Position numbers and translations under genes: made by a program
Source of the DNA: Abditibacteriaceae bacterium
GTDB lineage: Bacteria; Armatimonadota; Abditibacteriia; Abditibacteriales; Abditibacteriaceae
DNA: 11,456 nucleotides
Assembly: GCA_031425655.1 (NCBI GenBank)
Contig: JANPJS010000079.1
Span: 1-11,456 of the forward strand
Direction of reading: 5' to 3'
Shown here: positions 1 through 6,277 of the stretch, piece by piece
Position numbering within the stretch: the stretch's first letter is position 1
How the letters are laid out: each line of letters begins with the position of its first letter
Notes under the pieces: generated by a model
Told to the model about the DNA's origin: nothing
The model's database searches: none
What the model saw: only the letters and a program-made list of their open reading frames with translations

Positions 1-1
1 A

Positions 2-553
2 CGACATGCGATAGCCTCGCCGCACCGCCCTGTGCTGCAGTTTGTCCAGGTCGATCTGCGCAAGGAAAACAGCTGGCGCCTCGCTTTGGCGGACGTCCCG
101 ACTCCGGAAATGATCGAAGTCCAGCTCGTGAATGCGGTGGCTCCGTTCATTCTTTGCTCCAAGCTGAAGGCGCTCATGTTGAAGTCGCCGGACCGTGACA
201 AGCACGTGGTCAACGTCTCGGCGATGGAAGGCCAGTTTGCGCGGCAAAACAAAACACATTTTCATCCGCACACCAACATGGCAAAAGCCGCTTTGAACAT
301 GATGACTCGCACTTGCGCCGCTGATTTAGCGCGCGACGACATCTATATGAACAGTGTGGACACTGGCTGGATTACCGATGAAAATCCGCAACCCAGAGCA
401 GCGCACATCCGCGAAAAACGCGGATTCTACACGCCGCTCGATGCCCTCGACGGCGCGGCGCGCATCTACGACCCTATCGCGCAAGGCATCGCAAACTCCG
501 GCGAGCCGCTTTTCGGCCATTTTCTGAAAGATTACGCGCCGCACGCTTGGTGA
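2..553 (+). CDS. SDR-family oxidoreductase, C-terminal part (probably 5'-truncated by the window edge)
   Basis: Frame is open from nt 2 to TGA at 551-553. SDR C-terminal motifs are present: VNAVAPF, VVNVSAMEG, HPHTNMAKAALNMMTRT and MNSVDTGWI. The N-terminal Rossmann GxxxGxG is not in the window. Confidence 0.85.
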   Translation, partial: RHAIASPHRPVLQFVQVDLRKENSWRLALADVPTPEMIEVQLVNAVAPFILCSKLKALMLKSPDRDKHVVNVSAMEGQFARQNKTHFHPHTNMAKAALNMMTRTCAADLARDDIYMNSVDTGWITDENPQPRAAHIREKRGFYTPLDALDGAARIYDPIAQGIANSGEPLFGHFLKDYAPHAW

Positions 554-556
554 ATC

Positions 557-1717
557 ATGAACATCATTCACTGCCCGATTCAGGGCCTCATTGAGATGCC
601 GTCGTGCAACGCTAATGAAATCGCGCCGCTGCTTGAACATTTGCAGGCGAACATCACGGTTTCGCAGGAAACGGCTTTTCCGCGTGGCACCGTTACGCCG
701 GACGGACGATTGGATTTATGCAAGCAAAATCTGGGGCCACAAGGCTGCCGCTTGGTGACACGGGCGCTGGAAAGCAACACGCGCGTGGCCAGTCTGCTGC
801 TGGGCACCGACGGCATCGGCGATGAAGGCGCACGCGACGTGGCACAACTCATCGAACGCAACGCGCATCTGGAAATCGTTTATTTAGGCTGTAACGGCAT
901 CCGAGCCGAAGGCGCCGGCACGCTGGCTCGCGCGCTGACGGCTAATTCCAACATCGCAGGCCTATGGCTCAAGCGCAATCCTATCGGCCCCAACGGTGCC
1001 CGCGCCCTCGCCGAAATGCTGCGTCACAACACGGCGCTTCGCACATTGGATTTAGTCAATACAGCAATCGAAAGCGACGGTTTGAGCGCGTTGATTTCCG
1101 TGCTACGTCACGAAAATCGCACCGTCGAGCGATTGTATTTAGGCGGCAACGGCTTCGGGCCGCGCGATGCGGAAGAACTGGCCGCCTTGCTGCGCGAGAA
1201 CCCGAATTTGCGTGCGCTGCTTTTGAACGTCAATGTGTTCGGCGATGAAGGCGTGAAAGTATTAGTCGAGGGTCTGCGAGAGAATCGCACGCTGCGTGAA
1301 CTCGGTTTGGCGTCCAATGGAATCACGGCGCGCGGCGCGCAAATTTTGGCCGAGGCAGTTGGCGCGCACCCGGCGCTTTCGATTCTTGATATAGGCTGGA
1401 GTCCGTCTACCAAAGTTCTATGTGCCACACCCAACAACATCGGTGACAAAGGCGCGCGGCTCTTCGGCGTGATGCTGCGCGACAATCGCACGTTAGCGCG
1501 CCTCGATTTGCGGCGCAACGGCCTCACCGCACGAGGCCGCGACGCGCTCGCGGACGGCCTCGCGGAAAACCAAACGCTGCAACACCTTACGCTCGATGTG
1601 CCGCTTGACGCGCGCCTGCACACCATTTTGGAACGCAATCGCGCCCAGTCGCTGCCCCTTCCGCCTTCGCGCGACGTGACACTGATTCGCAGCGTTTATC
1701 GCACCAAAAGCGCGTAG
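557..1717 (+). CDS. Leucine-rich repeat protein, ribonuclease-inhibitor-like (GALA-type) LRRs, 386 aa
   Basis: About ten ~28-aa repeats of the form LxxLxLxxNxIGxxGAxxLAxxLxxN (e.g. IAGLWLKRNPIGPNGARALAEMLRHN, LRELGLASNGITARGAQILAEAVGAH). ATG lies 3 nt after the SDR stop. Confidence 0.9.
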   Translation: MNIIHCPIQGLIEMPSCNANEIAPLLEHLQANITVSQETAFPRGTVTPDGRLDLCKQNLGPQGCRLVTRALESNTRVASLLLGTDGIGDEGARDVAQLIERNAHLEIVYLGCNGIRAEGAGTLARALTANSNIAGLWLKRNPIGPNGARALAEMLRHNTALRTLDLVNTAIESDGLSALISVLRHENRTVERLYLGGNGFGPRDAEELAALLRENPNLRALLLNVNVFGDEGVKVLVEGLRENRTLRELGLASNGITARGAQILAEAVGAHPALSILDIGWSPSTKVLCATPNNIGDKGARLFGVMLRDNRTLARLDLRRNGLTARGRDALADGLAENQTLQHLTLDVPLDARLHTILERNRAQSLPLPPSRDVTLIRSVYRTKSA

Positions 1718-1726
1718 TTGGCTGCA

Positions 1727-2872
1727 TTAATCCAACAAGAGGCGCGTGGTTTCACCGAAAGGGAAACGTGAGGGATCAAGGCCGCCGGGCGTCACGACCC
1801 ACAAAACGGGAACATCCGGCAGTGCGGACGGAAACGTGCCGTAGCCGTCGGTTAGGTAAACGCACACACTATCGCGCGTTTCCTCTTCCGTCACGCGCTC
1901 GAAAAAGGGGCGGAAATCCGTTCCGCCGCCGCCGATAGGCTGAGGCATCGGCGCATCGGGATGCAAGCGAAAAGGGCCGTGCGCCTGCGCGTCGGCGTAG
2001 AATAAATCGCATTCGAGCTGCGGATAAGCGCGCAAAATGCCGCCGACTTCGCTGAGAAACGCCGTCATTTGCGCGCCCGAAACCGAGCCGCTCGTATCCA
2101 CGCAAACGAAGACGCGCACCGATTCGCCTTCCAGTGCTTCGAGATAAAGGCCCTGCGCTAAAAACCGGCGGTCGAATTCCACGAAATCCGTTGGTGTATG
2201 CACTAAAAAGCGCCACAAATAATCGCGCCACGGCAAACGCGCGGCGTTCAACTGCCCCAATTCGCGCGCTAAGCCGGCGGGCATTTCGCCGCGCGCCGCC
2301 GACGCGATGAAAATTGCCTGTTCGCGCGCCTGACGCCAGTAGGCTTCCAACACGCGGCGGCGTTCCGCGTCGAGGCCATCCAAGTTGGCTTCGCTGCCCG
2401 GCGGCGCGTCCAGCAAATCGCAAATGCACAGCGGCGGCAGTTTGGACGCGTCGCGTTGCAGCAATTCATAAACTTCTTCAACACTCAGCGATTCCAACTG
2501 CGTGTCGCGCAGCGCGCCGGGCGGAAGCAGAAACGGCGTTTCTCTGCAAATCACGCCATTCACCACGATGTCGGCGGCGAAGTTCCAGAGCAGCGGCTCG
2601 CGTGTCCCGCGCCGCAAAACGTGTAGCAGTGCGGCGTGCAAAACTTCGTGGAGCAAGAGGCCGTCGGCTTGCGCGGGCGATAATTGGCGCCAGAAGTCGG
2701 GATTAATCCAAATGTCGCGTCCGTCGGTGGCCGCGGTGTCCAATCGCTGCGTCGGCTCGATGCGCGCAAATAACGCAAGCGTGGCGAAAAACGGCGTTTT
2801 GGCGCGCAAGCGCAGCAAACTCGCGCTGACAGCCCGCTCGAAATCGAAAGATTCGCGCTTGGAATCGCTCAT
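1727..2872 (-). CDS. DUF2201-like protein: N-terminal putative zinc metallopeptidase plus C-terminal vWA-like domain, 381 aa
   Basis: TAATDG motif, HEVLH zincin motif (2650-2636), MIDAS DTSGS (2098-2084), GGGGTDF and YLTDGYG. Start set at ATG 2872 (MSDSKRES), 5 nt after the ATPase stop; the longer ORF-track start overlaps the ATPase gene. Confidence 0.9.
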   Translation of the reverse strand: MSDSKRESFDFERAVSASLLRLRAKTPFFATLALFARIEPTQRLDTAATDGRDIWINPDFWRQLSPAQADGLLLHEVLHAALLHVLRRGTREPLLWNFAADIVVNGVICRETPFLLPPGALRDTQLESLSVEEVYELLQRDASKLPPLCICDLLDAPPGSEANLDGLDAERRRVLEAYWRQAREQAIFIASAARGEMPAGLARELGQLNAARLPWRDYLWRFLVHTPTDFVEFDRRFLAQGLYLEALEGESVRVFVCVDTSGSVSGAQMTAFLSEVGGILRAYPQLECDLFYADAQAHGPFRLHPDAPMPQPIGGGGTDFRPFFERVTEEETRDSVCVYLTDGYGTFPSALPDVPVLWVVTPGGLDPSRFPFGETTRLLLD

Positions 2873-2877
2873 CGCTC

Positions 2878-3879
2878 TCAGCCGCCCATCAGTTCTTGAT
2901 AATCCTTGAGGAACTGGCCCAATCGTTTGTCGCGCCGGACAAGCTGCGCCAGAGTTCCCAATTGCCCCCGGTCGCGCAAAAGGCGCATCAGGTCGGAGGC
3001 GAACAACTGCACCCATTCCGGCCCGGCGCGCTCGGCCAAATAATTGAAGCCGCGCAGCCCGCGCTCGACGGTTTCGGCGCGCACCGTGAGGCCGATGGTG
3101 AGCGCATAGCGAACCGACGGCTCCGACGGAAAGGGCGGCAGCGCGGCGCGACCGTCTAAAATCGCTTCCAAATCGGGCAGCGAATCGTAAAGCGCCGAAA
3201 AAGCCGCCAATTCCGCCGCCGCGCCTTCGCCAATAGCGGCTTCGACGGGCAATTTAGCTTGCATCAGGCGGTTCGCCATGCTCCACGAGCGCGGCGAAGG
3301 CCACGCCGGAGCCTGCGGGTCGAGGCGATGCAGCAAAGTGGGCCGAAATGACAAAAACGCTAAAATGCGCTCGTTGAAATTGTTGGCGAGCGCGAAGGCT
3401 TTAAAAGAATCCCAATCGGGTGCAACGTGCAAGTGCAAAAAGCGATTCGCCAACGGCGCGGGCATTTCAAAAACGCTCGCACGATCTTCCTTGCGATTGC
3501 CCGCCGCCCAGATAAACCACGCGGCGGGCACTTTGTAGCTGCCGATTTTGCGGTCTAAAATCAACTGCTGCGCGATGCCCTGCATCGTGGGCGGCGCGAG
3601 ATTAAGTTCGTCCAAAAACAGGATGCCGCGCCCGTCGCGCGGCAAAAACTCCGGCGGATACCAACGCGATACGCCGTCAGCCGGAACCGGCAAGCCGCGC
3701 AAATCGGACGGCGCAAGCTGCGACAAGCGCACATCCACGAACTCTAACGCGTGTTTACGTGCCACCTGCGCGACGATGCTCGATTTTCCGATGCCCGCCG
3801 GCCCCCAAATCATGGTGCTAAGCCGCACTTCGTTGTTAACCAGCCGTTCCAGAAAATCGTTTAAGTCAAGCGGTGTCAT
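2878..3879 (-). CDS. MoxR-like (AAA_5-type) AAA+ ATPase, 333 aa
   Basis: Walker A GPAGIGKS, DVRLSQ..DLRGLP, Walker B LFLDE, AAGN, LANRF arginine finger and PSPRSW sensor-2. Start at ATG 3879 (MTPLDL) overlaps the upstream gene end by 14 nt. Confidence 0.92.
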   Translation of the reverse strand: MTPLDLNDFLERLVNNEVRLSTMIWGPAGIGKSSIVAQVARKHALEFVDVRLSQLAPSDLRGLPVPADGVSRWYPPEFLPRDGRGILFLDELNLAPPTMQGIAQQLILDRKIGSYKVPAAWFIWAAGNRKEDRASVFEMPAPLANRFLHLHVAPDWDSFKAFALANNFNERILAFLSFRPTLLHRLDPQAPAWPSPRSWSMANRLMQAKLPVEAAIGEGAAAELAAFSALYDSLPDLEAILDGRAALPPFPSEPSVRYALTIGLTVRAETVERGLRGFNYLAERAGPEWVQLFASDLMRLLRDRGQLGTLAQLVRRDKRLGQFLKDYQELMGG

Positions 3880-5944
3880 GTTGGGAGTTTCGGCGTTGCA
3901 GGCGTTCGGCGATGCAGGCGCGCACGTAACGATTGCCGTCACGCGCAAGAGTTTGCAGTAGAGCGTCCGGCGTGGCCGGATTGCGCGCTATCGCCAGTCG
4001 CCATATCCAGTTCGGCGCGTAAAGGTTTCCTTCCAGAACTTCGATGGGCGTTTGCGCGCAGCCCAGCGTGATGGCCCTCTCAAATAAATTGTCCGACACG
4101 GCGAATGCCAGCGATATCTCGCGGCGGCGCAAGGCGCGGGCACGACGCCGCAAATCGGGCGTGGCGTTGGGATGGCTCAGCAGCGCCTCGAAAAACTCGT
4201 CCGTCCGCTTCTCGTCTCTGAACGGCGTCATACGGTGGCCATACTGCGGTTGCGGAACCGGCGCCCACCACGCCAACTTCGAGGCAGCAGTTTCGATAAC
4301 TTCGCGCACTTTTTCCAGCAATTTCTCCAATGCGAAAAGCGGCAGCGTCGCGTTCGAGACCAGCGCCATATAGCGCGGCAGCGGAGCCTCGCTCACTTCT
4401 TCGATCATTTGCAAAAGCCGGCTCAGCGGCGTGCCCGGATTGCCTGCCGCGTTCGTTTGCACGTCTAAAGCCGATTCCATAGAAAGCGTCAACAATATAT
4501 CCGGCGGCGTGGCGCGGTTCTCGGCAACGCGAGCACGCACTGTGTCGTTCGGGTCAGCGGCTAACAGGCGCAGCGTTTCGACGGGCGTTTTCGGATGGCG
4601 CGCCACATGGCGGCGCACTATCTTATCCGTATCGCCGGCTAACTTTTTCAAGACAGCGGCAGGCGTTTGCGGATCGCGCGCCATCTGCCCCGGTGGACGT
4701 GAACTTCCCCACGACGCGACTTCACTGCGCCGCCGCGCCATCAACACGGCCAATTTCGCCGGCAAATCGCGCCGGTGCGCCAGCGCATCCAATACTTCGC
4801 CGTCCTCGTCACCTGCCAATTGTCGCAAAATCGAAAATTTGGTCTTTGGATGCCGCGCGACGTTAGCGCGCACAATACAATGCTCGTCGGCGGCAAGCCG
4901 CCTTAATAACCCGGCAGACAGCCTTTCGTTGCGCGCCAACGCGCCGCGCACCCACGCATCTTTGTCGCTTGCCAGAAGTTCGAGGGTCTCCTGCGGCGTA
5001 TTGGGATGCCGAGCGACTACCACAACCACCGCCCGCGCTTCGCTGTTGGCCAGAAATCGTAGCGTTTCAGGCGAAGCGTTTGCATCGCACGCTTGTTCTC
5101 GGCGCAGTTCGATAAGACGGCGGCGCGCTACGGCATTCTTTTCGGCAAGACGTTCCAACTCTTGTTCAGATATGTTGGGATCCTGAAAATGATAGTTCGC
5201 ATAAAACGTTGCCTGTTTCGCTTCGCGCATTTGTTTAAAAGCCTGCAACGCGCCTGTTGCCACGCTTTCGCTGCTGTCGTTTGTAGAGGAATCTTCAGTT
5301 TCTCGTGGGGATGGCAGTTCCTCGTTGACAAACTGTAGTCCCGCCACATTATTCGCGCGCTGCGATGGGCTTACGCCGGTTTGGGCGTGTGGAATTTGTT
5401 GCAACGCTTCCATCAACGGCGCCGCCAGCCAGTCGGGAACGAGGCGCAGCCGCAGCGCCCTTTCAAGGGGCGCGGCTTCGGCATAACTCCACGCACGACT
5501 CAGGCGCGTGACTATTTCTACAGCCTGCTCTGAAACGGTGGCCTGCACACCGCTTTCCCAATTTTGCCCGGCGGTTTTGCTGCTTTGCCAGTGCAATTTA
5601 AGCGTGTTTTCTATGCGCGCATTGCGACTGAGCGGCCCGTGTTCGAAAGCGTCAAGCATCCATAATGGCAAATTATCAAGGCATAAAAAGCCCAGTGCCG
5701 CTGCTTCGGAAATGGTGTTGCCGATATCCGAGTTTTCCAGGTGCAAAAGCGGCAGCACTGGATTATCGATCACTTCGCGCGGAAACTTTGGGGCGAGTTG
5801 CCACAAAATGCCGGTGGGCGTGTTGGGGTTCTGCGCCACGGCGCGCAAGACCGGCACTGACGGCGCAGAATCGTGAATCTTTCGCAAACGTTCCGGTGCG
5901 GTTTGTTCGTGCGCGGCCTCGCGCTGCAAAGCTTCGTCTATCAT
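3866..5944 (-). CDS. Leucine-rich-repeat-variant (LRV)/HEAT-like alpha-solenoid protein, ~692 aa
   Basis: Many ~24-aa repeats such as VARHPNTPQETLELLASD, VARHPKTPVETLRLLAAD, VAENRATPPDILLTLSME and IARNPATPDALLQTLARD. Start set at ATG 5944 (MIDEAL); the ORF-track start at 6013 lies inside the terminator hairpin. Confidence 0.85.
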   Translation of the reverse strand: MIDEALQREAAHEQTAPERLRKIHDSAPSVPVLRAVAQNPNTPTGILWQLAPKFPREVIDNPVLPLLHLENSDIGNTISEAAALGFLCLDNLPLWMLDAFEHGPLSRNARIENTLKLHWQSSKTAGQNWESGVQATVSEQAVEIVTRLSRAWSYAEAAPLERALRLRLVPDWLAAPLMEALQQIPHAQTGVSPSQRANNVAGLQFVNEELPSPRETEDSSTNDSSESVATGALQAFKQMREAKQATFYANYHFQDPNISEQELERLAEKNAVARRRLIELRREQACDANASPETLRFLANSEARAVVVVVARHPNTPQETLELLASDKDAWVRGALARNERLSAGLLRRLAADEHCIVRANVARHPKTKFSILRQLAGDEDGEVLDALAHRRDLPAKLAVLMARRRSEVASWGSSRPPGQMARDPQTPAAVLKKLAGDTDKIVRRHVARHPKTPVETLRLLAADPNDTVRARVAENRATPPDILLTLSMESALDVQTNAAGNPGTPLSRLLQMIEEVSEAPLPRYMALVSNATLPLFALEKLLEKVREVIETAASKLAWWAPVPQPQYGHRMTPFRDEKRTDEFFEALLSHPNATPDLRRRARALRRREISLAFAVSDNLFERAITLGCAQTPIEVLEGNLYAPNWIWRLAIARNPATPDALLQTLARDGNRYVRACIAERLQRRNSQHDTA

Positions 5945-5955
5945 AAAGATAAATC

Positions 5956-5985
5956 GGTTGGAGTCAACAAGGTTGGAGTCAACAA
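5956..5985. repeat. Perfect 15-bp tandem duplication (GGTTGGAGTCAACAA x2), each unit containing a GTTG-N4-CAAC palindrome
   Basis: Read directly at 5956-5970 and 5971-5985, just upstream of the LRV start codon. Confidence 0.85.
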
Positions 5986-5986
5986 G

Positions 5987-5992
5987 ATTATA
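5987..5992 (-). promoter_or_regulatory. Candidate -10 box (TATAAT) for the LRV-ATPase-vWA operon
   Basis: Perfect TATAAT on the minus strand, 42 nt upstream of ATG 5944. No convincing -35 element. Confidence 0.4.
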
Positions 5993-6209
5993 AACCACAA
6001 AAGCCGCCGACATTGCTGTCGGCGGCTTTTGCTTTTTGTGACTTCGGAGAGTGCGCCGGATTAGCCTAATCTGCTGGCTAACCCCCGCCCGAAAGTGCGG
6101 TCTGTGTTTGCGTCAACGATTAAAAACTCTTAATCGTGGTGCAGATTAGGACTCACACCCCCCTGATCCGATACAATGACTTGAAATATCGACCACCTCC
6201 TTTTGGATT
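5992..6209 (-). ncRNA. Candidate structured small RNA / micro-ORF transcript of unknown family
   Basis: Bounded by a sigma70-like promoter and an intrinsic terminator. Nested stems: 6163-6154/6055-6046, 6150-6141/6074-6065, 6137-6130/6123-6116 and 6100-6095/6090-6085. G-U pairs work only on the minus strand. Confidence 0.6.
5998..6031. terminator. Intrinsic terminator, potentially bidirectional
   Basis: Perfect 15-bp inverted repeat CAAAAGCCGCCGACA-ttgc-TGTCGGCGGCTTTTG. The GC core is followed by T-rich tracts on both strands. Confidence 0.85.
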
Positions 6210-6215
6210 ACTTCC

Positions 6216-6245
6216 AGTGTAAAACGGAAGGGCCGGTGTTGTCAA
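6216..6245 (-). promoter_or_regulatory. Sigma70-type promoter TTGACA-N18-TACACT
   Basis: Minus strand: -35 TTGACA (6245-6240), 18-nt spacer, -10 TACACT (6221-6216). Predicted TSS is near 6209. Confidence 0.7.
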
Positions 6246-6277
6246 TAGTCGGGAAATGTCACGGTTTAGATGCGATT

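Noticed and set aside
2873..3016. Longer ORF-track starts for the vWA (3016), ATPase (3948), LRV (6013) and secreted protein (8101) genes
   Set aside because: The extensions overlap neighbouring genes, the terminator or the SD. Downstream ATGs give operon-like spacing or a proper SD and signal peptide.
4431..5186. 251-aa plus-strand ORF and other ORFs overlapping the main genes
   Set aside because: Antisense or alternate-frame shadows with Arg/Ser/Ala-rich composition and no domain signal.
5956..5985. CRISPR array
   Set aside because: Only two adjacent 15-bp copies, no spacers, and no cas genes in the window.
6075..6142. c-di-GMP-I (GEMM) riboswitch, suggested by minus-strand GACGCAAA...GCGGGGGUUAGCC
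   Set aside because: Lacks the GGCAAA entry, the GNRA tetraloop on the first hairpin and the tetraloop receptor. The resemblance is partial only; cmscan would settle it.
6046..6163. Retron msr-msd or type I toxin-antitoxin RNA
   Set aside because: No reverse transcriptase in the window, and the micro-ORF is not a hydrophobic toxin-like peptide.
6191..6204. 16S rRNA 3'-end fragment (GACCACCTCCTTTT on the + strand)
   Set aside because: Only the anti-SD-like stretch matches and the flanks are not rRNA. It is better read as an SD on the minus strand.
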